The notes beneath the pieces are model-generated. The model saw only the letters and a program-made list of their open reading frames with translations. It was not told where the DNA came from and did not search any database. From an uncultured Desulfobacter sp. (GTDB lineage: Bacteria; Desulfobacterota; Desulfobacteria; Desulfobacterales; Desulfobacteraceae): a DNA stretch of 64,000 nt. A program made the position numbers and the translations under genes. Where the stretch lies: contig OY762069.1 of the NCBI GenBank assembly GCA_963665095.1, positions 3,424,001 to 3,488,000 of the forward strand, in the 5' to 3' direction. Of the stretch, positions 1 through 9,550 are shown piece by piece (the first letter of the stretch is position 1; every line of letters starts with the position of its first letter).

Positions 1-1282
1 AATGCTGTTCCACTGGGAAATCATCGCAATACCCGTACCCGCCAAAGCACTGGATGGCAGCGGACGTGGACAGAATGGCCATCTCGGAGGGGAAGGTTTT
101 GGCCACAGGAGTTAAAAGTTCCAGCAGCAGGTGGCAGTCTTTGTCATCAGTGCCGGTTTTCAAAATATCCTCGTACATGCCGCAGTGCAGTATCAGACAC
201 AGGGAGCCTTCGGTAATGGCCCGCTGGAAAAGCAGCATGCGCTTGACATCCGCGTGCTGGATAATGGGTACCTGATCAGACCCTTTGGGTGCTGTCACAG
301 ACCGTCCCTGACAGCGCTGCCGGCAATAATCCAGGGCACTGTGGTAGGCGGCCGTGGCGATGGAAGTCGCACCCATGCCCACGTCCAGCCGGGCGCCGTT
401 CATCATCTGGAACATATAGGCAAGCCCTCTATGAGGCTCACCCACCAGATACCCCAGGCACCCGTCTTTCTGACCGATGCTTAAACCGGTAATGGGGGCT
501 CCCCGGTATCCCAGCTTGTGAAAAACCTGGGCAACCACCACATCATTGGGCACAAGCTCACCGTTTTCCGGCCGGAACTTGGGCACCACAAAAAGAGAGA
601 TACCCTTGACGCCGGGCTTGGCCCCTTTGATCCTGGCCAGCATCAGGTGTACCACATTGTCCACCCCGTTATGGTCACCGGCAGAGATAAAAATCTTCTC
701 ACCGCTGATTTTATAGATGCCTTTTTCCTCATCCACGGGGTCGGCCGCAGTGACCAGATCCCCAAGTGAAGTGCCGGACTCAGGCTCGGTCAGGGCCATG
801 GTGCCCTGCCACTCTCCGGCCAGCATTTTAGGCAGATACTGCTCCTTAAGTTCATCTGAACCAAAGCTTAAAATCAGTCTGGCGGCCCCCATGGTTAGCC
901 CTGCATACACAGAAGCCGAGTAGTTGGATGATGCAAAAATGTAGTTGATACTATGGAGCAGGATGTCCGGCATATCCTCACCACCCCATTTCTCGGGAAA
1001 TCCGGCCGATATCCAGCCGTCCTCGCCCAGAGTCTTAAGCATGGGCCGCACGCCTGGATGCACCTTGACCTGGCCATCCTCAAGTTCCGGCGGGTTGTGG
1101 TCCATCTCCTGAAACATGGGCCGCATCTCTTTATCAGCAATGTCAAACGCCGCTTTAAACACCATATCCAGGGTTTTTGCATTCCGTCCGTCCAAAATAT
1201 CCCCGGCCTTCTCCCGATAGCGGCTGGCCCGGGTTTCCAGAGTAAACTTCAGGTTCTGCATGCTTAAAAATTTTTCAGCCAT
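1..1282 (-). CDS. acyl-CoA dehydrogenase (partial, runs off window start)
   Basis: Manual translation from ATG at 1282 (MAEKFLSMQNLKF...) includes GTMALTEPESGTSLG, typical of the ACAD family. Absent from the ORF track because the stop lies outside the window. Confidence 0.85.
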   Translation of the reverse strand, partial: MAEKFLSMQNLKFTLETRASRYREKAGDILDGRNAKTLDMVFKAAFDIADKEMRPMFQEMDHNPPELEDGQVKVHPGVRPMLKTLGEDGWISAGFPEKWGGEDMPDILLHSINYIFASSNYSASVYAGLTMGAARLILSFGSDELKEQYLPKMLAGEWQGTMALTEPESGTSLGDLVTAADPVDEEKGIYKISGEKIFISAGDHNGVDNVVHLMLARIKGAKPGVKGISLFVVPKFRPENGELVPNDVVVAQVFHKLGYRGAPITGLSIGQKDGCLGYLVGEPHRGLAYMFQMMNGARLDVGMGATSIATAAYHSALDYCRQRCQGRSVTAPKGSDQVPIIQHADVKRMLLFQRAITEGSLCLILHCGMYEDILKTGTDDKDCHLLLELLTPVAKTFPSEMAILSTSAAIQCFGGYGYCDDFPVEQH

Positions 1283-1367
1283 GATTGATCTCCAAATAAA
1301 GGCCGTAATCCGGCCATACAGATTGTTTCAGGTTGCTTTATACCTTCATCTAATTTGATCCTTTAAG

Positions 1368-1396
1368 ATCAGGACCGGTAAAAACCGGTCCCTGAT
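1368..1396. terminator. intergenic hairpin (ATCAGGACCGGT-AAAA-ACCGGTCCCTGAT)
   Basis: Near-perfect inverted repeat just downstream of the 3-hydroxyacyl-CoA dehydrogenase stop; no clear U-tract. Confidence 0.45.
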
Positions 1397-1401
1397 ATGG
1401 T

Positions 1402-2301
1402 CTATCGAATCCCCTTTAAGAAATCCGGGCCAAGAAAGGCGGGATTGGGGTAGGAGTAGAACCCCTTGCCGGTCTTGACGCCCAGTTCGCCGCGGTCCAC
1501 ATAGGTTTTCAGAAATGCGGCATTTTTTGTTTTCTGGGGATCCTTTGTGATGTTGGCCCAGTAATCGGTTACCTTGTGTACGGTCCCGATCCCGACGGAA
1601 TCCATAATGCAGAAAGGTCCCAGGTGTGTATGTGTAATACCCATCCAGGCCCGGTCAATGTCCTCTACAGACGCCACTTCATTGGCTGCCAGCTTCAGGG
1701 CCGCATCCATCCAGTCCGCAAGCATGGTATTAAACACATACCCGTGCTGTTCTTTTTGCAGTTCAATAGGGAACTGGCCAATGGCGGCACAGAATTCCCG
1801 CACGGATTCAAGTGTTTCCGGAGAGGTACCGGGGTGGGGCATGATGTCCACCACATTGGTCACCCTGACATCATGAAAATGAAAGGCACAGAACCTGTCT
1901 GGCCGGCCCGTATCTTCGGCAATCATGGAAGGCACCAGGGTGGAGGTATTGGTGGTGAAGATGGTGTGTTCAGGGCAGATGTCGTTAAACTGGCTGAACA
2001 CTTTCTTTTTTAACGCCGGATCTTCGGGAACGGATTCACTGATGAAATCGGCATTGCTGCCGGCCGTTTCCGGATCACTGGTATAGGAAACCCGCGCCAG
2101 GCTTGTGTCAGCCTGTTCTTCAGTGATCCGCTTTGCATTGACCATCCATGCGGGCAGTTTGGCAAGACGCTTCCGGGCCGTTTCCAGAGCCGCTTCAAAG
2201 GGGTCATAGATTGTTACGTTAAAACCGGACGCTGCGCACTGAAATCCGATCTGGCTGCCCATGCTGCCGGCACCCAGAATCAGCACATTTTTGATATCCA
2301 T
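1402..2301 (-). CDS. 3-hydroxyacyl-CoA dehydrogenase
   Basis: GAGSMG Rossmann motif, TTNTSTL, C-terminal LGVKTGKGFYSY. Confidence 0.9.
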   Translation of the reverse strand: MDIKNVLILGAGSMGSQIGFQCAASGFNVTIYDPFEAALETARKRLAKLPAWMVNAKRITEEQADTSLARVSYTSDPETAGSNADFISESVPEDPALKKKVFSQFNDICPEHTIFTTNTSTLVPSMIAEDTGRPDRFCAFHFHDVRVTNVVDIMPHPGTSPETLESVREFCAAIGQFPIELQKEQHGYVFNTMLADWMDAALKLAANEVASVEDIDRAWMGITHTHLGPFCIMDSVGIGTVHKVTDYWANITKDPQKTKNAAFLKTYVDRGELGVKTGKGFYSYPNPAFLGPDFLKGIR

Positions 2302-2310
2302 ATTGTTTTC

Positions 2311-3063
2311 CTAAATTAAAAGGCCGCCGTCCACTACCAGACATGTACCGGTGGTGTAAGAGGCGGCATCAGACACCAGATAAAGAACCGCCCCGGCCAT
2401 CTCCTCGGGCTGGGCATACCTGCCCATGGGAATCTGGGGAAGGATATAATCTGAGATCTCTTTGGAGGAAGTCAGGGCTGAGGCAAATTTTGTATCGGTC
2501 AGTCCGGGCAGAAGGGCGTTCACCCGGATACCTTTGGGTGCCAGCTCCCTGGCCAGGGATTTGGTCATATTGATCAGGGCCTCTTTGGTGGATGAGTAAA
2601 CACCCTGGAAAAGCCCGGGACGCATGGCATTAACAGAGGAAACATTCACAATGGCCCCGCCCTCTTTCATCAGAGGTACGGCATACTTGATCATGAAGAA
2701 CGGACCTTTAACATTGACATCCAGGGTTTTGTCCCAGATCCCTGCATCGGCTGTCAGCATCTCACCGAAATGGGGGTTGGTGGCAGCATTGTTCATAAGG
2801 ATGTCCAGACGGCCGTACTTTTCCATGACTTTATTGAACATGGCTTCAATCTGGTCCGGGTAACCCGTATGGCAGGCCATGGGTTCAGCATCTCCACCGG
2901 CTTCTTTGATCTCGGCAGCCGCAGCCTCAAGGCCTTCGATCTTACGGCTCACCAGAACCACTTTTGCCCCGTACTGGGCCATTTTTTTTGCACAGGCAAA
3001 GCCGATGCCGCGGCTGGCACCGGTGATGACGGCAACTTTTGAACTCAGATCAAAATCTTTCAT
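2311..3063 (-). CDS. SDR family oxidoreductase
   Basis: TGASRGIG, NNAA, YSSTK catalytic motif. Confidence 0.9.
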   Translation of the reverse strand: MKDFDLSSKVAVITGASRGIGFACAKKMAQYGAKVVLVSRKIEGLEAAAAEIKEAGGDAEPMACHTGYPDQIEAMFNKVMEKYGRLDILMNNAATNPHFGEMLTADAGIWDKTLDVNVKGPFFMIKYAVPLMKEGGAIVNVSSVNAMRPGLFQGVYSSTKEALINMTKSLARELAPKGIRVNALLPGLTDTKFASALTSSKEISDYILPQIPMGRYAQPEEMAGAVLYLVSDAASYTTGTCLVVDGGLLI

Positions 3064-3134
3064 GATGGTCTCCTAAAAATTGGGGCGTATTCTGCCCGGT
3101 TAGTTATCCATTAACCAATTTCTCAAGGGGGTCT

Positions 3135-4196
3135 TCAAGATTTTTCCACTATATCCATGGTTGTCTTCTCCAGGGCATTCACCCCGTGAATCAGCATGGC
3201 AAACCGCTTGTTTTTTGTCAGTCCGTGGTAAAACCGGTTGTAAATCTGCTGGGCAATCACGGCCAGACGGAACATTCCAAAACACAGATAATAGTCAAAC
3301 CCGGACACATCCCGGCCGGTTTTCTCCCCATAGCGTTCAATGACCTGCTGCCGGGTCATGGCGCCCGGCAGATGGGAGGGGATGGTGCGCATGGCATGCA
3401 GATAAGGCGGGTCATCGGCCTGAATCCAGTAGGCAAGTCCGTTACCAAGATCCATGAACGGATCACCGTAAGTGGCCATCTCCCAGTCAAGAATGCCGGT
3501 GATGGTTTCAGGCGAAGCAGGATCCAGCACCAGATTGTCCATTTTATAATCATTATGGACCATAACCGGCCGGTCTGTATCTGCCGGCATGTTGTCCGCC
3601 AGCCATGTCATGACCGTTTCAAAATTCGGGGCGTCGGGCGTAATCGCTTTTTTGTACCGGGCTGACCAGCCCTCCACCTGCCGTTTCACATAGCCTTTGG
3701 GTTTGCCAATATGATCCAGCCCGGCAGCCTTCATGTCTATATTGTGGATCTCCACCAGGGTATCTGTCAGATTTTCACACAATTTTCGCATCTGGTCTTC
3801 CGACAGGGTCAGCCCTTCAGGAAGGTCTTTTCTTAAGATGATGCCGGACAATTTTTCCATGACAAAAAACGGGGCACCGATCACGCTTTCGTCGTCACAA
3901 TAGACCAGGGGTTTGGGGCACCGGGGAAATACCGGATAAACCGCGGAAAGCACTTTGAATTCGCGTTCCATGTCATGGCCCTTATCCACCTTTGCTCCGA
4001 TGGGCGGGCATCTGAGTACCATCTCCATATTGTCTGCCCGGATTTGATAGGTCAGATTTGAAAACCCGCTGGGGAACTGACTTACTTCAACATCCCCGGA
4101 CAGGCCTTCAATATGTGCCTTCAGATATTCGCCCACGGCCTTGGCATTGATCTCCTCTCCCGGCCGTATATTTGTTGCCTTATCCATCATATCCAT
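3135..4196 (-). CDS. APH-like phosphotransferase (ACAD10/11 kinase-domain or LvaA-like)
   Basis: QFPSGFSNLTY, HNDYKMDN and ILDWEMAT kinase motifs; clustered with an acyl-CoA dehydrogenase. Confidence 0.85.
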   Translation of the reverse strand: MDMMDKATNIRPGEEINAKAVGEYLKAHIEGLSGDVEVSQFPSGFSNLTYQIRADNMEMVLRCPPIGAKVDKGHDMEREFKVLSAVYPVFPRCPKPLVYCDDESVIGAPFFVMEKLSGIILRKDLPEGLTLSEDQMRKLCENLTDTLVEIHNIDMKAAGLDHIGKPKGYVKRQVEGWSARYKKAITPDAPNFETVMTWLADNMPADTDRPVMVHNDYKMDNLVLDPASPETITGILDWEMATYGDPFMDLGNGLAYWIQADDPPYLHAMRTIPSHLPGAMTRQQVIERYGEKTGRDVSGFDYYLCFGMFRLAVIAQQIYNRFYHGLTKNKRFAMLIHGVNALEKTTMDIVEKS

Positions 4197-4208
4197 AAAA
4201 TCTACCCC

Positions 4209-4904
4209 TCATGTTAATAATTGAAGATTACAGCAAAATCCTTCCACCATCTCAAGGACATGATTTGCAAACTGATCCACGGTGACTTTCTGGCGGGTGT
4301 ATTTCCACCGCTTCAGATACCACTCCTGCTGCAGCGCCTTGATCAGGCACGCGGTGAGATGATGATCGGCCGGTTTGAACACCCCGTCATCCTCACCCTG
4401 CTGCAGAATCCCGGTTAAAAGATCCGTGGTATACTCCTCCATTGTGCGCACCGCCTCAAACCCTTTGGGAGTCAGGTCCCTTGCCTCCATAAAGGTGAAG
4501 TAGAACCAGGGCCTGAACAGTTCGGACATAAAAATATGCGCCTTGATCACGGCCCGGAGCCGGACCAGAGGAACGGACTTCTCTTCAGCAAACTGATCCA
4601 GGGTCTCTTTCACCAGAATGCGGCCCTGGGACTGAATAATATCCTGCAGCTGTTCCTTGCCGGGGAAATAGGCATAAAGGGCACCTAAACTCATGCCGGT
4701 CTTGGCACTAAGGTCCCGCATGCTCATGCCCTGAAACCCCTTTTTATAGGTGATGCTGAACACGGCACTCAGGATTTTCTCCAGGTTGACCACGGCTGTT
4801 TTTTCTTTCTTGATACGCATGATATCCTGGTTATCCAGAAACACCTGCCGGGCAATGTCACTTGCCCGGCAGGCATACTGCTTTTTGAACTCTGCATAAT
4901 CCAT
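4209..4904 (-). CDS. TetR/AcrR family transcriptional regulator
   Basis: GFQGMSMRDLSAKTGMSLGALYAYFPGKE HTH. Start moved to the ATG at 4904, just after the ACAD stop. Confidence 0.85.
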   Translation of the reverse strand: MDYAEFKKQYACRASDIARQVFLDNQDIMRIKKEKTAVVNLEKILSAVFSITYKKGFQGMSMRDLSAKTGMSLGALYAYFPGKEQLQDIIQSQGRILVKETLDQFAEEKSVPLVRLRAVIKAHIFMSELFRPWFYFTFMEARDLTPKGFEAVRTMEEYTTDLLTGILQQGEDDGVFKPADHHLTACLIKALQQEWYLKRWKYTRQKVTVDQFANHVLEMVEGFCCNLQLLT

Positions 4905-4905
4905 T

Positions 4906-6108
4906 TCAGCGTTTGGGGTCATATTTGCGAAGAATCCGTTTGGCCAGGGAGGTTTTATGGACTTCATCGGCCCCGTCGTAAATCCGGGCGGCCCGTTCAT
5001 GGCGATAGAACCATGCCAGAATGGTGTCATCGGTCATGCCAAGGCCGCCGTGCACCTGCAGGGCCCGGTCCACAATGCGGCCCATGGTGTTGGCCACCAC
5101 AAATTTAATCATGGAGATGGAATCCCGGGCAGCGGCGGCACCCACGCTGTCGATCTGCCAGGCAGAGTTCAGGGTTAAAAGCCGTGCCTGTTCCAGTTCC
5201 GCCGTCGATTCCGCCACCCAGTTCTGTATGGTCTGGCGGGTGGCAAGGGTTTTTCCGGAAGGGTGGATCACCCGGGTAGAGGCTCTGTGACACATCAGGT
5301 CCAGGGAGCGGCGGCAGATGCCCAGCCAGCGCATGCAGTGGTGAATCCGGCCCGGTCCTAAACGGTCCTGGGCCATGACAAAGCCCTGACCCTCTTTGCC
5401 CAGGATATTTTCCTGGGGTACCCGGCAGTTTTCCATGATGATTTCGCCGTGGCTGAAGTACCCGTCGCCTTCGTGGCCCATCACCGGAATATTCCTGATC
5501 CGGTTAAAGCCAGGGGTGTCTGTAGGCACGATGATCATACTGGCCTGAAGATAGGTGGAGGCTTCCGGATTGGTCACGGCCATGACAATGCAGAAATCCG
5601 CCCCGTCTGCAGCTGTGGTGTACCATTTATGTCCGTTGATGACGTAATCGCCTCCATCCTTCACTGCCGTGGTCTCCAGCATCACCGGGTTGGAGCCGGG
5701 CATGTCCACTTCAGTCATGCCGAAGCAGGAGCGGATATCCCCCTTGACCAGGGGAACCAGCCAGCGCTCTTTCTGGGCTTCGGTGCCGTGTTCGTGCAGA
5801 ATTTCCACGTTGCCGGCATCAGGTGCCTGACACCAGAACACATAATGGCCTAAAGGGGACCGGCCCAAGGCTTCGGACACAAGGCCGTGCTCAACCAGAG
5901 AGAGGCCCATGCCGCCGCATTCCACCGGGAAATTGGGCGCCCACAGCTCCATTTTCCGGACCATGTCCTGTTTTTCTTTCAGCACCGGCAGCATTGATTC
6001 AAATGAATGGGTCATGAATTCCGGTTCCAGGGGGATCAGTTCCTTGTCCACAAACTCATTGATCATGGAAACGATGGTCTGGATACGGTCTGAAATCTGA
6101 AAATCCAC
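4906..6108 (-). CDS. acyl-CoA dehydrogenase (ACAD11/LvaC-like)
   Basis: APDAGNVE, SCFGMTE, RLGPGRIHHCMR, RIYDGADEVH. Confidence 0.9.
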   Translation of the reverse strand: MDFQISDRIQTIVSMINEFVDKELIPLEPEFMTHSFESMLPVLKEKQDMVRKMELWAPNFPVECGGMGLSLVEHGLVSEALGRSPLGHYVFWCQAPDAGNVEILHEHGTEAQKERWLVPLVKGDIRSCFGMTEVDMPGSNPVMLETTAVKDGGDYVINGHKWYTTAADGADFCIVMAVTNPEASTYLQASMIIVPTDTPGFNRIRNIPVMGHEGDGYFSHGEIIMENCRVPQENILGKEGQGFVMAQDRLGPGRIHHCMRWLGICRRSLDLMCHRASTRVIHPSGKTLATRQTIQNWVAESTAELEQARLLTLNSAWQIDSVGAAAARDSISMIKFVVANTMGRIVDRALQVHGGLGMTDDTILAWFYRHERAARIYDGADEVHKTSLAKRILRKYDPKR

Positions 6109-6140
6109 CGCAGATCTCCTTTCTTTAAAATGGTTAGGGT

Positions 6141-6193
6141 ATATTAATCCTGTCCTTCAAACGAAGTCAAGCAAAGTTACGAACAAACGTTCG
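6141..6193 (-). promoter_or_regulatory. sigma70-like promoter (TTGACT -35) with palindromic operator CGAACAAACGTTCG
   Basis: -35 at 6165-6170, TAATAT at 6141-6146 (18-nt spacing), palindrome at 6180-6193. Confidence 0.5.
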
Positions 6194-6200
6194 AAAGCTT

Positions 6201-7217
6201 TTACTGGTCTTTCTTTGGCTCTGCATCCAGGAAAGCATCTATAAATTCAACCACATCTGCCTGGATGGTTAAATCCGCGTGCCGTGCCATGGGTGCGTCT
6301 TTATTTTTGTTGATACTGACTACCCACCGGGATCCTGCCATACCGGCCAGGTGCTGTGACGAGCCGGATATACCGCAGGCAATATATAGCTCCGGTGCCA
6401 CCGTGGCACCGGTGATCCCCACCTGATACCGGTACGGCAGCCAGCCCTGGTCGATCAGGGGCCGGGAGGCCCCCACACTGGATTTGGAAAATACCTTTGA
6501 AAATTCAACTATTTTGTCCAGATTTTCCTTCTCTTCAATTCCCCTGCCAGCCGAGACAAGGACCCGGGCATCGGCCAGCCCTGAGCTGCCCTCGTCCCGG
6601 AAGGTTATGGCTTTTCGCTCTATGCGCGAATCAATGTTTTCCAACGACAGGCTTAGCTGTGTCAGCCGGCCGTCGTTCTTCCCATCCTGCGTCCGGGAAG
6701 CCTTGTGGGTAAAGGCACCCGGGGCCAGGGTAAGAAAAAGCCTGCTACCTGCACCCGGATATACTGCCACCTGTTTTTCATTGTCCATCACCGACCGGAT
6801 AAATCCGAGATGGCCGTCATCGGCACGGCACACCCCCCGGACACCGGACACGGCACACCCCTCAAGGGACACTGCCAGCCGGGGCACCACCTCACGGCCA
6901 AGGGTGGTATGGGCCATTAACAAAGCAGAAAAAGAGAGATCTTTAACCACCTGTAACAGTCCCCGGATCAGGGAACCCGGGGTCAAGTCCCCGGACCAGG
7001 TCACGGCAGTGGTATCATATCCGGTGGTGTCAAAAAAATATTTCGCCGCAGTTTCAGGCAAACGTCCCGGCACCAGAATGTGAACCGGACTCACGTTCAT
7101 TCCGGATGCAGTCAGCCCCTGCTGCTCCAGAATCTTTTCCGCGCCCCGGACAAGTTCCAGAGTATGGGCACAGGCCTGGTCTTCTTTAAGCTCTGCCACC
7201 ACCAGAATTGGATTCAC
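6201..7217 (-). CDS. etfA: electron transfer flavoprotein alpha subunit
   Basis: SAGRGI, QVGITGATVAPELYIACGISGSSQHLAGM. Confidence 0.9.
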   Translation of the reverse strand: MNPILVVAELKEDQACAHTLELVRGAEKILEQQGLTASGMNVSPVHILVPGRLPETAAKYFFDTTGYDTTAVTWSGDLTPGSLIRGLLQVVKDLSFSALLMAHTTLGREVVPRLAVSLEGCAVSGVRGVCRADDGHLGFIRSVMDNEKQVAVYPGAGSRLFLTLAPGAFTHKASRTQDGKNDGRLTQLSLSLENIDSRIERKAITFRDEGSSGLADARVLVSAGRGIEEKENLDKIVEFSKVFSKSSVGASRPLIDQGWLPYRYQVGITGATVAPELYIACGISGSSQHLAGMAGSRWVVSINKNKDAPMARHADLTIQADVVEFIDAFLDAEPKKDQ

Positions 7218-8002
7218 AACAGATTCCTCTCTTTTAAAAAAGCCAGGAACTCATTCACCTGGAAATCCAGACTGCCGGACACCACGCGTCCCTGTCTGGT
7301 CTTGTCCGGTTCCGTCATCCCGGCGTAGGATTCACCGGGCAACTTTTTCAGCTCCCGGCCTGCCTGGCCGTCTATATCAATTTCTGTAACAGGCTTGTTC
7401 TTTGCCTTGAGCATATGGGACAGGGATGGATACCGGGGCCGGTAAAATCCGGACTGCACCGCTGCTATGGCCGGCAAAGGCATTCTGATCTCTTCAAGCA
7501 CCCCGCCTTCCCACTCCCGCAGGGCTTCCAGGAAAGGCTGGCCTGCATCATCCGGCGGATCCGCATCCCGGGGGCCCAACCGGACCACCGATGTGGCACA
7601 GGGCAGGTCCAGCAGCTGGGCCAGCATGGGACCGGTGTGGCCGGCCATGAGATCCTGTGACATGATGCCGGTTAAAACCAGATCGTAATCGGGCACAAGC
7701 CCGGTGGACGACAAGGCAAACGCAAGCCGGGCAGCTGTTGTCGAAGGCGGCACCAGGGCCCCGCTTCCTTCATCATCCCCCGTTATCAGATGAATGCCTG
7801 CATCAGCCCCCATGCCCAGTGCCCGTACCAGGCTGTCGCGCCAGTCCGCAGGCCCTGATGTAATGACATCCACCTGCCACCCGGTCTCTCCACAAGCTTG
7901 CGCCTGCTCCCTGAGATGAAGACCTGCTTCCAGGGCAAGCGTTTCAAAAGGGCCGATCTCGTTGCCCTGCATATCCGGTTTTATGCATATCAAAATTTTC
8001 AT
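7214..8002 (-). CDS. etfB: electron transfer flavoprotein beta subunit
   Basis: MKILICIK, ALGMGAD, PRYPSL; overlaps the etfA start. Confidence 0.85.
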   Translation of the reverse strand: MKILICIKPDMQGNEIGPFETLALEAGLHLREQAQACGETGWQVDVITSGPADWRDSLVRALGMGADAGIHLITGDDEGSGALVPPSTTAARLAFALSSTGLVPDYDLVLTGIMSQDLMAGHTGPMLAQLLDLPCATSVVRLGPRDADPPDDAGQPFLEALREWEGGVLEEIRMPLPAIAAVQSGFYRPRYPSLSHMLKAKNKPVTEIDIDGQAGRELKKLPGESYAGMTEPDKTRQGRVVSGSLDFQVNEFLAFLKERNLL

Positions 8003-8008
8003 GGTGCC

Positions 8009-8058
8009 ATCATACCGGCCTAAAAAGTAAAAATCAAGATAAATCTAAACGAACGTTC
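8009..8058 (-). promoter_or_regulatory. sigma70 promoter TTGATT-N17-TATGAT with operator-like AAACGAACGTTC
   Basis: -35 at 8032-8037, -10 at 8009-8014, motif at 8047-8058. Confidence 0.55.
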
Positions 8059-8450
8059 ACTTTTTATAAATCAACTAACCGTTTATATTTCCAACTATTC
8101 TTTCAAAATCATGATACCATCTACTGAGTCAAACTTTTTTACTGCTTCCCATTCTGATGCCCTAAAATGAGCAAGTTCACGCCCGCCTGACACTGCTAAT
8201 AAATCTTTCATCAGTTCTTGATATCACGTTGAAAAAGGTGTTATTCCAGTATCGTTATTAAGTGACCTCCAGGTAATACATTTTTTGCTCAATTACCGGA
8301 CAGTCATTGTTCAGGCAGATGATTTATGCAGACCCGGGCAAAACCTGCCAATTCAAAGAGTCCCGGCAAACGGATATCTTTAAAAGGCGGCCAAAAGGGC
8401 TGCACTTTTTAATAAGTTATAACCTTTCAGTCAGCATCAGGTGGTGCCTT

Positions 8451-9542
8451 ATGATCCCTGTCCGGCTTATCAGGAAAATAGAACTCGGTCCCAGACAGAT
8501 GACCTTTGGTTTTGATGACGGGGCATCCGGCCATATGGATTTTATGTATGCGCTTATTGAAAAGAAGTACCAGGCCGCCGGCCCTGTGCCGCTGGACTGC
8601 CTGATTGATCCGGAAAAAATTCCTCAGGTTCCCGATCCTTTTGACCTCCTGCAAACGATTTTCTGGCTGGCTGAAGCGTTGAAAATCCATTTTTTTATCT
8701 CAGATCAGACCATGCCGCCTTTTCAGGCCAAACAGATGCTGTTGGAAAATCCGGACTGCACCATGGCTGTCGTAATCAACAAACCTGTTGATTCATACCG
8801 TTTTGATCAGGCCCGGGACTCCGTGGTCCCCATTCTCCCCTCGTTACCCGGGGATTTGGACCAGTACGCATTTTCCCGTGCCGTTGTAAATGAACTGGGG
8901 TCATGGCAGACCCGGCTAAACTCTTTTCAGCCCCATGCTGAGAAACCCGGATTTCCGGGCATTGCTCTGATAAAAAACAGTTTAGTACTCATTGACCGGC
9001 TGCTGGAAAATAAAGATTCCCATTCCATCATTCACGCCTGCCTCAAATACCGGTCCAAAATACCGGAACTTGCCCGGAACCTGCATACGCTTACAGATTT
9101 TTATACCTGCAGGCTGGCGTTCTGGACAACTTTCACCGAGCAGATGAACGACTTTCAGGAAAATATGGAGATGATCCGGGATAACGGTTCCATGAATTTA
9201 ATTTACCGCCAGCTCAGCAACATATTAAATTCATCCCAGCCCTTTGACCTGGTTAAAAAAGCAGAAGAGCTGCTGCCGGAGCTCAACAGCTTCCACAACC
9301 AGATTGAACAGGAAAAAACCCAGCGCCTGCGCAACAGCTGTCTTGAAAAAACAGACAAGATGATACACAAGCTAAGCACCTTGTTTGATACCTTTGACAC
9401 TGAAGATGCATACAGGAATGACACCCTGCACACCATCAGGAATCTGAATAAAAAAATCGGTCTGGCTGACAGCATGGACGAGATCACCGCCTTGTTTAAT
9501 GATGCCCAGGATCTGTTTGTGGATATCATAGAGACCCTGTAA
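8451..9542 (+). CDS. hypothetical helical protein resembling the C-terminal region of BREX ATPase BrxC
   Basis: Long ORF (track start 8307; ATG at 8451 preferred). Resemblance to BrxC C-termini is by recollection (FPG, DFY..., ILNSSQPF, RND.L..I). No ATPase motifs. Confidence 0.45.
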   Translation: MIPVRLIRKIELGPRQMTFGFDDGASGHMDFMYALIEKKYQAAGPVPLDCLIDPEKIPQVPDPFDLLQTIFWLAEALKIHFFISDQTMPPFQAKQMLLENPDCTMAVVINKPVDSYRFDQARDSVVPILPSLPGDLDQYAFSRAVVNELGSWQTRLNSFQPHAEKPGFPGIALIKNSLVLIDRLLENKDSHSIIHACLKYRSKIPELARNLHTLTDFYTCRLAFWTTFTEQMNDFQENMEMIRDNGSMNLIYRQLSNILNSSQPFDLVKKAEELLPELNSFHNQIEQEKTQRLRNSCLEKTDKMIHKLSTLFDTFDTEDAYRNDTLHTIRNLNKKIGLADSMDEITALFNDAQDLFVDIIETL

Positions 9543-9550
9543 CGAGCCCT

